Assembly: GCA_002633005.1 (NCBI GenBank)
Contig: NMRA01000188.1
Span: forward strand, 65,846-129,845
Length of the DNA: 64,000 nucleotides
Direction: 5' to 3'
From: Phoronis australis
Lineage: Eukaryota > Animalia > Phoronida
The notes under the pieces were generated by a model. That model had not been told where the DNA came from, searched no databases, and was given only the letters and a program-made list of their open reading frames with translations. Of the stretch, positions 40,317-52,997 are shown piece after piece. Within the stretch, counting starts at the first letter, position 1; every line of letters begins with the position of its first letter. The translations under genes and the position numbers were made by a program.

Positions 40317-40535
40317 CGACTGAGTTTGCGCCAGTTTTTCACACGCTGCTGTTCCATATGTCATACCAGTGGTCAGTTCACTGAAGAATTCCAAACACTT
40401 GGCCGTGTCGTAGAGAACTTTGCAACCGACAGAGCCGCTTCCACACAGGGGCTTCATGACAACAGGTAACGTTAATTTGGCTAACGCTGCCAGTAATTCT
40501 TTCTCAGTGTTTACAGAGTAACTAGGCACGCCATA
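40317..40535 (-). CDS. CARNS1-like ATP-grasp ligase, third coding exon (73 aa)
   Basis: tttcag acceptor and GTAAGG donor, phase 0. Encodes LPVVMKPLCGSGSVGCKVL (ATP-grasp lysine and glycine loop). Confidence 0.9.
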
Positions 40536-41026
40536 CTGAAATAAAATGAGACTGCTGCTGATATATCTAGATGACAATTCGGATAAATTCAAATTGGGAG
40601 GAAGTGTGTGGAGGGTTATCCTACTGGCCTTTTAAACAAGTCTGATATATGATTATAATGCCAAACTCCTCTGTTCACCAAGTTCCAGTCACCGGTGACG
40701 GCAAACATGACTATCCAGAAAGATGGAACAAGTCAGTCGGCCTGCATATAGGCCTAGCTGCTTTCCGTTGGCAAGTTGCTTGTCTGTCTTGGGAAATTCA
40801 AGCAAGTAGGCCACTGACAACTATTGTAACGAGGTATGCGACAGCCATAACTATGCCTTTGGCTGTGCATTCCTAACTCTCACTCCGGTCGTCACTGGGT
40901 CTTTCCCCGATTGTAATCCCTTAGATTTCTTCCATGGAATTCTCAGATTGTTGCTTGTGAATTTACTCACTATAAAGTATGGCCTTCCTCTGCCTAGTTA
41001 TGTTTTTGAACTAAATATCTACTCAC

Positions 41027-41185
41027 CTTCGCACTTTCTGGGGTTCTAAGCACGCATTCCTGAGTAAGATCCTTCAGGAAACACGCCATGGAACTTTCGT
41101 AGCTGTCCCCCGGAATGCCGAGTTTTTCACAAACGTAATTTCCAACTACGCTCGGGAATTCGCCAAAGAAGAAGCCAGCATTTGC
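41027..41185 (-). CDS. CARNS1-like ATP-grasp ligase, second coding exon (53 aa; not in ORF track)
   Basis: cttcag acceptor and GTGAGT donor, phase 0. Encodes ANAGFFFGEFPSVVGNYVCEKLGIPGDSYESSMACFLKDLTQECVLRTPESAK, with the typical LG.PG...K motif preceding an ATP-grasp domain. Confidence 0.88.
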
Positions 41186-41584
41186 CTGAAGATAATATAG
41201 GATATCTTGTAAACCACCAGATGCAACGCTTGCAAAGTGGCATTTTGTGTTTTATCGCCATGACGTACAGGACTGGCTTCAGCGGGTTTCTTTTCTACTT
41301 GAAATCTGTGTCGGGAACAGTCGTGCATTAAAAGCGGAACAGTTTTGAAAATGGCTGTATACAAAATGTGCGCAATTTTTTACGTCCCACAACTTTTCGG
41401 TGCAGTCAACTGTTCGGTAGGCCTACTCTCTGTATATTTTTCACAATAATAGAAAAGCGTTATATAATGAAAACAAATATTTAAGCCTGGGACGTTCTGT
41501 TCATGATTTTCTTAGAGTAACTTAGAACTTCCGTCCATATATTGAGGTCTAAGTCCTAATCATTTGTAATAAGCAATCACTTAC

Positions 41585-41892
41585 GTTGATATTCTTCTCT
41601 TTCAGCCATTTGATTATTCCGGCACTGACCTCTTCAACCGTACGGCCATCTTCTTTTTCGTGGATCAGGCCGTCAACATTAAACTCATCAACGATTCCCA
41701 AAGCCTTCATTTTTTACACCAGGAGCGGTTCTCTTCGTTATTTTGAAATATCACACAAAGTGATTTAAGTCCCATTCTCTTTATTTTAGCCCAGAAAGAT
41801 ATTTGCATCTCTTCATCTGTAGTTATGAAGGTTCGGTTTCGAATACACAAAAGCGTTTTGTCACCTAGAGGTCCAAAGGGTTTGTTCTCCAT
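41585..41892 (-). CDS. CARNS1-like ATP-grasp ligase, first coding exon (1-nt frameshift as assembled)
   Basis: ttccag|CC ATG MENKPFGPLGDKTLLC...WCKK. Adding one A to the A6 run (41710-41715) continues MKALGIVDEFNVDGLIHEKEDGRTVEEVSAGIIKWLKEKNIN to a GTAAGT donor in phase with exon 2, matching the 13.5-kb paralog. Confidence 0.78.
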
Positions 41893-42299
41893 GGCTGGAA
41901 TATTGAAATACATTAATTACCATTAGTTGAACCACCTGGTGCCTGATTTGACACTACAAGAAAGTAGCGTAGTATACATTACATGCCAATAACATCTCCC
42001 ATAGAATTCGTAAGATTAAAGGGGTCCAGACATCAAAATACAACAAAATGGAAGTTTAACTTTTAGGGATAATTGAAGCTATAACCACAAGACCGTATTG
42101 GAGGGTGGGTGCGGGGGGCACGGGAGTGCGATCGAGATGCTGCCCCCAGGAAAAGTTCCAGCTCTATCCTTCCTGCTACGTTACCAATAGGTTATCCTTA
42201 AAATTCAGCCCCTGTAGCTTAGAAACAATGTTTATCCGAGTTTTCTTTCAAAAAATCCCGTCGTTGGCACTGCTCCCTGTTCACAACATTCTGTAACAA

Positions 42300-43000
42300 A
42301 TGGCTTAGATCTATCTCTGGTCTATGATAATGCAGTTGGTGCAACACCTCAAAGAATGTGGAAGTTATTGAGAGCAATTTGGAAATCAGGAACATTCCAA
42401 AGCGCGTGGGACAGGACCGAGGGTTGTTTCACTTCGAAGAAAGCAACGACAAAGGTAATGGAGGACTTTCGACCAATTTATCTTCTCTGCCATAGTGTAG
42501 CGACAGATGGTAGCATATGCATTGGGAAATGGATATATCAGCCCCCAGGCGCTGAAAAGGGGGATTTCAGGTTACTCTGGCTGTACAAGTAACACAATCA
42601 TGCTTTCAACACTCATCAGAGAATACAAGCAACAAGCTAAAGATTTGGCGACCATATGGCTGGATTTAAAGAGCGCTTACAGATCTATACCTCATCTGTC
42701 AATAGAATTAGCCATGAGGACGCCTGAAATACCAGAGAAAGTTCATCTACTTATTCTCAACTGCTTTTAGAGAATACGGATGAGATTAACTGAGAAAGAC
42801 TTCACGACGAACTGGCAGCCATTGGAAATGGGAACTGTGATCCTGTGCACCTTATCCATTTTATTGTTCGTGATAGGGATAAACACCTTACTAGAAAGAG
42901 CCAGTAAGGAATTCAGAGGTCCACTTTTCCAAGGGTGAGGACTACCAGTGATCATGGCATTCGTGGACGACCTAAGCCTTACTACCAGCTTCACCCTTGT
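42300..43000 (+). mobile_element. Degenerate non-LTR retrotransposon RT fragment (HERO-like, R2 group)
   Basis: Remnants WKLLRAIWKSG, FRPIYLL, GISGYSGC, IWLDLKSAYRSIPH, WQPLEMG..CTLSILLF and AFVDDLSL, with frameshifts and stops. Confidence 0.75.
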
Positions 43001-44189
43001 AGCAGCATGGCTGAAGAAGTTTTTTTTCGGGTATTTTATCATTTATATACACAAAAGGTACCGAGAGTGGCGTACATGAAGTAATATCCCACGAGACATT
43101 ATTCCGCGTTTCGACCGAGAAAATGATGACATTGAATTCATTGGAGAAGCGTTGGAAATACATGTTGTTCATATGTAGGTTGTAATATAAAATCTTTATC
43201 AATTTCAAAATGGTTAAAAGTATGTTGTTCTTTTAGTAGGAGTTCAGAGTATAGTAGTATGCATTCTGGCCGAGAGGAGGCGCTGCTTTCTTGTGTCTGT
43301 CTCCCCACCTCACGTCCTAATATGTTTCACTTTTCTTGTCCAGTAACTTCAAATGAACAGACCCCAATCAAATTATTCAGTATTTGCCTAGTATTGTTGT
43401 TTTTTGAAAAACGGTTTTCTGTGCCAAATTTTGCAAAAACTCAAATTCTCAAGTACGTGCAAGTCAAACCTTGGAAACTTTTTAGATTCAGTTTTGTCAG
43501 TTCCTCAAATTCTCCACAAAAAAATATTACGCTCTGCCGGAAACGACATTTGTAATATGTGTAGGTCTTTGTTTTTATTTGATCACGTTGTTTGTTTTTG
43601 GCTTTCAAACTTGCCGAATAGTCTCTCTTATCTGCAAAATACAGGAAAAAGCCAGTCGAGCTCACTGCCCAACTCACTGGTTCTGCAAGTCAGCACTTGT
43701 TCTGTGTTCAGATCTAGTCGAGCTAGTGTATACCGGGTCGAGGGTGTTTTGGGTCGTAGGTCGTGGCGTCGAGGGAGCCCTGGGTCAAGGGGATCGAGGG
43801 CTGTGGGGGTCGAGGGGTGGAAGGGGTCTTAGACACTTCACCCTAAGTCCTTTATTTGATAGCAAGCAATGTCACCGAAACAAACGAACACAAGTGCGCG
43901 CACGCGCTGCGCAACATGACTTGCGTGATTAGTCATGTTATAACCCAGCGGTGCATTCGACGAATTTTTTTCATACTCATATCAATTTGCCATAAAAAGT
44001 AATCTAGTTCTCAGCACGAAATAAGTCAACATACCTTAATGATAAAGAGACACCTCGAGAGCAGGATTCCACCAGCGGTTAAGATCAAAATGTCAATTGC
44101 AATTTGAGCAACGTAATATATTTATTGCTGATCGTAATACTGGTAATCAAACTGAGCTGTGAATATTAAATTATGGTAGAGGGGTAATC

Positions 44190-47100
44190 AATAATATTTA
44201 TTATTCATTTATTTATGCAATATTTACAATGAGGGTAGCCCCATCATTTCACACTGCTTTCCATGGGGCCCTCAGTAATAAACAAGCAGATAGTAAGACA
44301 AAAACAGAATTACAAAATGAAAGACAAATTTAAGTTATATGCAAAGAATAAGAAATTAACACGGAAAGACTGATTAAGCAAAATAAAAAATAAAATACTA
44401 TAAATAGAAGATAAAGAAATTAAGACAAGATAATTAAGTAAAAAATAGATATAAATATAAAAAATTAAAACAGACAATAAATAATTAATAAAAATAAGAC
44501 ATTATATAAATAAGAAATGAATAAACATGCAATTCTTAGACACTACATGAAGTTAAATCTATTGATTATAATTCTTTTAAGAGCCACTGCATGAGAACGT
44601 CAGGCAATTTGCAATATTATAGGAACATGACATGTCACGAATTTTAAATTCGATATAGTACATATATCACTTGGGGTGAATTATCTACAAAAATATAAAA
44701 ATTAGTTTTGTCATTCGTCAGTTTGTAAATATATAACTAATAACTAAATCGGGTGAAAAAATGGCCTAACCCCTTGTGCGCGACTGATGAAAATGCCCTA
44801 TGTTTCCATGGGAATTAAGCCACTTTGCGGGCGTTTAAAAAATAAAAATTTGATTGAGTTATACACAACAATTCTTTTTGTAATTGAGAATGCCCAAAAT
44901 AATTCAGAATGACGTATTTTGATATTTTAAGGAACTTTTGAATGCCTTGCCTCCACGGGTCAAATACAGCTACCAATTTAGACCTATATAGAGGCCTAAG
45001 TAATTCAAGCGCGCAAAAACGCACACCACTCACACATGGGTTCTGTGATAGCTACAGCTCTCGTCTTTGACAAGATATCATTATTTCCGTGGACAGCACC
45101 TTTTTTAATTCTCGAATTTACACTTTAGAGAAGGCACTTTCACCACTTTCACCTGTTTCATACTGCCGCCAATAGAGGGCGGCAAAGCAGAAATTATGAA
45201 AAATATGATCCATATTGGAAGTAAATCGTAATAAAAATTCATATTAATTGTTTCGAGCGTTCTTTTAGCAAAATATTGCGTTATTGACATTTAGCTAAGA
45301 AACGGAATGAGGTTCACGAAAATAGGTCACGCTCTGAAGGGAAATGGCAAAGCCAGCGAGCCGCTGTGTTATTTACAACAAAGATATTGTCAAATACCTG
45401 AAAAGTGTCAACGCAGTAGATCACTTGGAAGAATGGGAGTTGATTGGCAATCTGGCACGAATGGGAGTGTGAGAGAACTGGCCAGCCTGTTAGAACAAAA
45501 GATCATATGTCCAAAGCACCATATGTGGTAGCCAGCCAGCTAGCTGTATGAAGACTGTCGTCAAAATACAGCTAGGTCCCACTATGTGTATTTTTCCGTA
45601 GACCCCGAAATTGCACACAGCCTGGGTAGTTCTGCTCGTCACCGCGCCGTGAAACTTGTATGAACATGTAAAGCTAAAAACCGGACGGTGTGCATGCAAA
45701 ATCTGGGAGTCAACCGACACTCACCTTTCCCGTTACAGCCGTTTAAGTGAAAAACAATGCAATAAACGTCATTTTCTTGTGTAACTCTCCGCCTTTTCTA
45801 ACAATGAAAAGTATTTATTTCGTCGTTTTGAAAACAGTACGCTCGTGTCACACGCACGCGCCATTTCCTAAATTTTTGCGACATCTCTAGGGTGATGATG
45901 ATAGCTTGGCAGCAGCAAAATTTCTTCTGAAATTCGATTTTTCGGTATCAAAATTCTAAAAACTTATAATGAAGTGAAACCAGTTCTGATAATTTGTTGT
46001 GACGTGTACGCAAGCTCGTGGAAGAACAACAGTTGATTGAAGAATCGGCGAAAAAAGAAACTGGCGAATAGGTGACGCAATATTTCACGGCGCCGAAAGC
46101 CGTCGCTAAAGATCGCTCCACAACTTTAGCAGCAGAATAACGGTAGAACGCCATTTTTGCCAACACCGTTAAATAATTTAGTTTACTCAAGGAAGACTGT
46201 AGTTTTTAATGACACCAATTTTGTGTCAGATTTTATCTTGCCACTTTTTACCCACATCGGTGCAAAGCTGTATATTTATATACAGCTTTGTACCACGCTA
46301 CGTATGTGGCAGTATCTGGGTTGTAAGCCAAGGTGTACGTTTGCAGCCTCAGGAATGCAAAGGATGTTCACCACTCAATCCCAGGACTACGTCAACTGAA
46401 TAACTTCTCATTTGAAGGTGAGCTACGTAACAAGTCATATTTTTTCTCAGAAATCTCACTGTGATTAGTCATACCATCTGTGAACTAGTTTCAGCTGCGT
46501 ATGAGGTCTGAAACAAAAGTGATGGAATGGAATATTCTTTCATAATTGATTTTTAAAAAGTACTTACGACTAAGTTACCTATTTCAAATAGAAAAGTGGT
46601 TGCTTGGAAAGCATATGGGATCGGAGATGGGGTGGTTTTGGAGAATCCTGCTTCTGATTGCAAACCTGTGGAACTAGTGGTTGAGGAATGTCATGTTGAA
46701 TCCTCATTGAGACCTTTCACTAGTTTCAGCAATCGAAAGATGAAGATATTCCTGTATCCAAAAGATGGCTGTAACAACACTTTTGCCTCTTGAAACGAAC
46801 TCAAGCAGCAAGTTAGCATGGGCTGGCATGATAAACAGCCAACAGCACTTGAAGATAATCGCTGATGTGGAGAGAAAGTGGGTTGCCAAAGTCACTGGTT
46901 TTCAAGGTGACGTTCATGATCTAACAGTATGCTCGTTGAACTCAATTTGGCATCACAAATCCATAAGTTTGACATATAACCTTTGTTGTGCATTTTAGTC
47001 ACTGACTGTTCCTATTTGACTTAATAGTCAACATGGAAATGCAGTGTGTGATGTTCTATATTACAACCCAACAAAAAGTGAAGCTGTTGTGGAACATGCT

Positions 47101-48845
47101 ACTCAACAGCCTATGCAGCCATGGCTTGGACATTCGCACAAATTTAGGCTGGATTTTTTTGACGTGGATTAATGTATCAATAAGACCACTCAAACAGCAC
47201 AACTCTCTCACTTATGACCACAGCATTTGGATTTTGTAAGCTCATTTTGTGAATTCACAAAACATGGCTACCCATCCAAAAAGCATGGCACCTGGTGTTG
47301 CATCCAGCTTCGTCACCTTTAAACACTCCTCACACACTCTTCCCTGAGTCATGCACGTGATTCTTAGTCACGTGAGTTACACGCTTGGGCGCGCCCTAAA
47401 ATATTGACTTTGCACTGCGTAATGATTACAACTTGCTCAACAAAAGGTAAACCGGTGCGCCATCTGATGAGCAGCAGAAAAATTACTACCCGGAAGATTT
47501 TCATCTTTAGAGGATCAGTGCTCCCCCGTGGGTCTTCGGTACTTAAAACCATTCAATCAAGTACGATTTTTGGCTTGTCTCGTGTTAATATACGTTCCTA
47601 TTTTTTCGGAGGCACCTAACGTTACTAGACGTCAAGCAGACATTACAGGACCGATCGTTTTGAGGCCGTAATTTCAGCTTTAATTGTAAAGTTCTGAGCA
47701 CTAGCCGCAAGAATTTTAATGTAATTCCGATTTCGAGCTTTGAAAAATCTTAACGATCTTGTTGACATCGTTTTTTGTTACTCATAAATGTTTAGAACTT
47801 TGTTGGTTTGTTAATGGGAGTGTAACAGTAGTGGCGAACAGGACGACCGATATCAGCGAAGTGGGTGGTTTCAATCAAAGCATGCAGGACACACAGGTCG
47901 CTGTCCACGAATGTTTTAATAGGTATGTACTCTACAAAGGCTCAGCTTTCACATGTAATATGTTACATTTCTGACTGTTTTTGCGCGGTAAAAGAAATAA
48001 CGATCGAATAAAGGGCATTTCCACCAGTTACACAGCTTGACTCAGGTGGGTTGAATAAGTAACAAAAATAGCTAATTTGCGAATACGTTTCAACTATGAG
48101 TTTTACATTTTCATGTAGACATAAGTTGTGTTTATTCAGTATGTCATTCTTAGTTTCTGTTAATTTGTCGTTGTTGCACAGTGATGCAACAAAAATGCTA
48201 AAATTTGATGGTTTCCGAAGCCATAAACTAGCCAAAAATTTCGAGGGGGCAGTTTTCTGTGAAGAAGTTAGATATTTTAAATAAAATTATTTTAGGTGTT
48301 GACCATTCCACCTAATAGTAAAAATAAACTATATTTCAAAAAAAAATCCGTGACATGACATGTTCCCGCATCTGCCTGACTTTCTCATGCAGTGACTCTT
48401 AAAGGTTACAAAGGATGATGTAGATATGGCATCTGCAGGAAGAGAGTTCCATAAAAAGGGCCCGCTGTAGGAAAATGATTTTTCCCAGTTTCGCTTCTGC
48501 GTTTAGGAAGATTGAAATCAGATGATGATGATGATGAGGACCTAGTATTGTAGCGATTAGTAGACATCTTAAACTTAGGCTAAGCACATAAGTAAGATGG
48601 GACAAGACCTTTAAAACATTTGTACATACAACAAGCAGATAGGAATTGATGTCTTGTGTGAATTTTCATTATACCAGTCTTATTACTAAGTTTTTCGATT
48701 TTAATATCTCTAACACCAGTTCCCAGAATAATCCGGGCAGCCCTATTTTGGATAACCTGGATGGTTTTCATATCCTTGCCTGATGCAACTCCCCACACCG
48801 GGAGGCAGTAATCTAGGTGAGGTTGAATGATAGCATTAAAAAGGG
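44190..48845 (-). mobile_element. 5'-truncated L2/Crack-like LINE, split by a Sola3 insertion
   Basis: 48580-48840 reads AIIQPHLDYCLPVWG...IQNRAARIILG...MYKCFKGLVPSYL. The 3' UTR with GAGGGCCCCATGGAAAGCAG...TACCCTC and an (AATA)-rich tail lies at 44190-44580. Absent from duplication copy 1. Confidence 0.7.
44581..48398 (+). mobile_element. Internally deleted Sola3-type DNA transposon
   Basis: Left TIR GAGCCACTGCATGAGAACGTCAGGCA...GGAACATGACATGTCACG; the right end is its reverse complement, ending ...GCAGTGACTC. TTAA on both sides (44577-80 and 48399-402). Internal remnants IPGLRQLNNFSFE and VAWKAYGIGDG...FLYPKDGC. Confidence 0.8.
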
Positions 48846-48974
48846 TTCAAGCAAAATACCTTATCACACAAATTCTGCTTACGTACAACACTGCTATTCC
48901 AACTGTGAACAGCAGACACACACGTCAACGTGACTGGAAACAAAATCCGAGTTTAAAGTCCTGCTCTCAAACTT

Positions 48975-50201
48975 TGATGTAAAACCCTTAAAAATACACC
49001 GAGTTCTTATAAAAACGTGTTGTTTTATTTCGCAGTTCCGGATTTATTGGTATTTGGACACACGGTAGCCTACAAAGTTCCGGCGGCAGGCCAATATACC
49101 AAGGCCCGTAGCAGGAGTTTGGCCTTTCGGAGATAAATTCGAAGTATTCTTCCGTGAAATACAGACAGGAGAACCTAGATCTGTGTTGTTTATACGTGTG
49201 TTTTTTTTTTAGGTCTAAACACACAAAACGCTTGTTATCCCGGCCAGTGGCTCGAAGTCAGGGCAAAGGTTGTACAATAACAATGATTTGAATAATGTAT
49301 TTGTATTTCTAAATAAAGATCCCCCTTACATGTGACCATAGCATATAAAATCGAGTAATTGTTTCACAACAACTTTCTGTCAGCAAACACTGAATTAGCA
49401 TGCACTCATACGGCCTCGGTGCTCGGTCAATTACCTTTGTTGCCGGTAACGCAGTGGTTTATTCATTGCTGGCTTCTCAACATTTGCACTTACGAATACT
49501 GCAAAGGCATTACAAGTATTGACGTTGTGGACCTTTTGATAACAAACAGGCGAAATGAGGGATGGGGGGCTCGAATGAGCCCCCCCCGAGTCCCCCCCCT
49601 CTGGGTGCGCGAATGTAAACGTCTACATGACAACTCGCCCGACGCCAATCCCGCCTTAGTCAAGAGCTCATCTGACGAAGACTTCACGGGTCGGATCGTT
49701 AGGTTCTACAGGCTATCAGTTCTAACCGGAATACACTGATCAAGAAATACTAGAGAGGCGCCGTGAACATATGCACAGGCAACGGAACGTATGGATAGTT
49801 CTTTGGTAAGACAAAATTCGTCAGAGAAATCAATGCCGACCAAATGCTGGCTACAGACACGGAGATGTTTCACGGCCTCATACTTGCTATTAACAGCATA
49901 CCTTTCATTCTTCACTATCGCGAGCCACTTCGTAAGCATTTCGAGCTCTCCAGGAAGTCGAAAAAACGATATTCCAGCTTTTTTCGTAGCTTCATAGTTC
50001 GGACAAGCGGGAACGATGCACCGCAATATAGCGGCATTCACTCTGCAGACGAACCACTGACTTCGCTTCGTCGTTTCTCACCTTCTTCATAGGTTAACTC
50101 GACACCTCTCGGCAAGGTGAGGTCGACTGTATAAGAGGCGATGTGGATATAGACAGATTAAGACGGTAAAAAAGATTAATTAAATCGGGTGGCATTCTCC
50201 T
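48975..50201 (-). mobile_element. Non-autonomous Kolobok-type THAP element, 3'-truncated
   Basis: ORF 49706-50041 encodes a THAP domain (CIVPAC..FFRLP..W..VCSQH). The 5' TIR AGGAGAATGCCACCC abuts TTAA at 50202-50205. Absent from duplication copy 1. Confidence 0.82.
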
Positions 50202-51991
50202 TTAATGAATATAGAATCAATCGGCAACTCAAGAGGCTTTGTGTTGAGAAGAAGTCACGTGGAAGTAGCTTATAATAGGCTACAACATTTTCTGAACTTC
50301 TTTTCAGCAAACTGATGATGTGAACGTCGTTTGTAAAAGACACTCCTCTCACCATCTGAAGGACACAACCATTGTCGAATCTAGAGAGACGCCAAGGGGA
50401 CCATGATCCCCCCCCCCTAAAATTCTCCCAGATAACATTTGGCAGTTCTGGAATGCGAATGTTGGACGGGAAAAATCCTCGCTAATACTCTACCCTGGCC
50501 CCCTCGCTCAAAATTCTGGATCCGCCATAGCGGGCTCAGTCTTCCATACATCATGGTCACTCTGAGGTGATTGTTTGCTACTGCCCTTTTGCATGCTGAT
50601 TGATCGCTCCGCTCAACAGTTCGTTACCATCAAAGACACCTCTATCGCCGATGAACATTATAGCGACAACAATACGTTGAAGTACCTAATTCCTATATTT
50701 CTTGTTCTTTTATTCTTTCTGTTGGAATTCCCCGTCAACGTAAGTGATTCTTCACCACGAAGATTTAATTTCAGCACACAGTCTTCGGATGATTGCCTAT
50801 ATTCGTAAATTTTCATCTCTTTAGCCTTTTACCTTCACTGGAAAACGTTTTACGCCGACTGCACATACAAAAAATACAACTGACTGTGCCTTTTGGGTCG
50901 GCTGAAAACTAGTCATTTTTTGCAAATGCTACTCACTTGATTTTAAGTGCATTGTCACGGCGAGTATAAAACCTTAGATATCTTATACGATTTCAATGTA
51001 TAAATGTTGAGTTTCTATTTTATCGGCTATCTCCATCCTGTCTTTCTCGTGCATTTATTTGTCCGATTATGTCAAGATTCTGTTTACGAGTCAAATTATT
51101 GCGTACTGTGAATGGTTTTGAGAAACATGCTTTTCTGTGAAAGGAAACTATGCGGAAGGATCAGAATTATTTGTCGTCTCTGAAGTATTTGTAGCACTAA
51201 CTGTACAACACACCACTTTACTCTTTTGACTCGACTTTTTGCAGTCAGAACTTTTAGAGTTGAAGGGAGTCTTAAAATGTACTTAATTGTGCCGATTCAA
51301 CCCCTTTTGGTTTGGAACCGGAAGGTATTCTGCATAGCACAGCAGTGTTTCTGTACCTGCCTTTGTGAAATTTTATTTTCTGAACCCCAGACAGCTCAGT
51401 TGTCGTGGCATTGTGTGCTCCGCCCTGGCAATGACATAAACGAAAACGTATACTGATGCTAAGCATTGAGTGTAGTACTTCTGTGCGCAAGAATGCCCAT
51501 TACCCACATTAGCCAAGAGATGAAAGGCCCGAAAGGACCTCTTGGTGGGTCGAAACAGTGGAGGCGTGGAACGGTTTTCGAGGAGGGCTTGAAACTGCTG
51601 CAAATTCAGGTTGCTCTGTTGAGGCAGACCCTTCTTACACAACGAGCTGTAGGGGTCATCCCAGGAAAAGGGAACCACCTGACGTAGGAGTCCCTTTTGT
51701 AGTAGTAAAGCCTTTTGGAAAATTGTTTTGGCAGCGATTTCTAATTTAGTTCATTCAAAGGAGGACCCTCTAGAAGGAGGTCCTGAGGGAGTTGCCCCCT
51801 TTGCACACTCATAGATCATTGGAGATATTCCTTATAAAGCAATATCGTGCAGGTCACTAAACTGGAACATTGTGGAATACAAACTACAGCTGTGGCAGAA
51901 GTTGGGTGTTTAGTTCTGTATTATGCACTGTGATGTGAAGTAATGGATTGTGAATTTTCTCTCCATTTGCCACTGTGTACTGACTGTTTTA

Positions 51992-52029
51992 TACCTGATG
52001 ACAACTTTGAAAAATGTTGAAACGTCCTA
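51992..52029 (+). ncRNA. Duplicated minimal hammerhead-like motif
   Basis: TAC-CTGATGA-C-AAC(tttgaaaaat)GTT-GAAA-CG-TC-CTA has intact cores; the first stem I pair is mismatched. Confidence 0.4.
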
Positions 52030-52997
52030 CCATGAGGTACAGCGTCTTGTTTTTGTGATTTAACTTTCCATAACTTACTACATACAGGGCAGTTCTTTGC
52101 TACTCGCTGTGGCCTTGAAAAACGTTAGGGTCACGTTTCTTGTTAGCTCAAACATAATTTTTTACAGATTATGTAAGGAATTTAATTCTTCAATACTGAA
52201 CTACACTGTCATCAGCTACATCAAATAATCCACATCATTAAGTACGCCAAACAATATCATTTACCTTTTTGACCGATAGTTCTAAAACCCCTTCGACCCC
52301 CAAACCCTCGATACCCTCGACCCACGGCTGCCACGACCCAAAACTACTTGACCCGGTCTACACAAGCTCGACTGGATCTGAACATAGAACAAGGCTGACT
52401 TGCAGCACCAATGAGTTGGGCCGTGATCTCGGCTGGCTTTTTCCTGTTTTTTGTTTTTGCAATTAAGAGAGTCTATTGGGCAAGATTGCAGGCCAAAACA
52501 GAAACAAACAACGAGACCAAATCAAATCAAAGACCTACAAACATTACAAATGTCGTCGCGGCAGAGTGTAATCGTCTCGTCAGCTCTTCAATGAATGGCA
52601 GATTCAATATTTTTGTGGAGAGTGCGAGGAACCAACAAAATTGTAATTTCATCAGTAAATGCAGTTTGAAAAACAATCTGTTTAGTAAAAAGTTTTTCAA
52701 CGTTATATAGAATATCTCGTAAACGAGTATACAACAGAAAGCAAATAATAAAAGTGTAAAATTATGTACATTTACGTTAAGGTACTCTCTTCCAAAGTTT
52801 AGTAGAACTGGGCCATTGGTAGCTGCTCGTGGAACTATTTCCGTAACAACGATAGCGCGCTGACAATGGGCTATTTCAAATCACGTTCTCATGGCACTTT
52901 CTGTTTTTAACCTCCAGACTTGACCAAGAACATACTTGCGTGTAGGTATGACTTATGGGAAAGTCACTTAGCAACGTAATGCGATTATACAATATGT

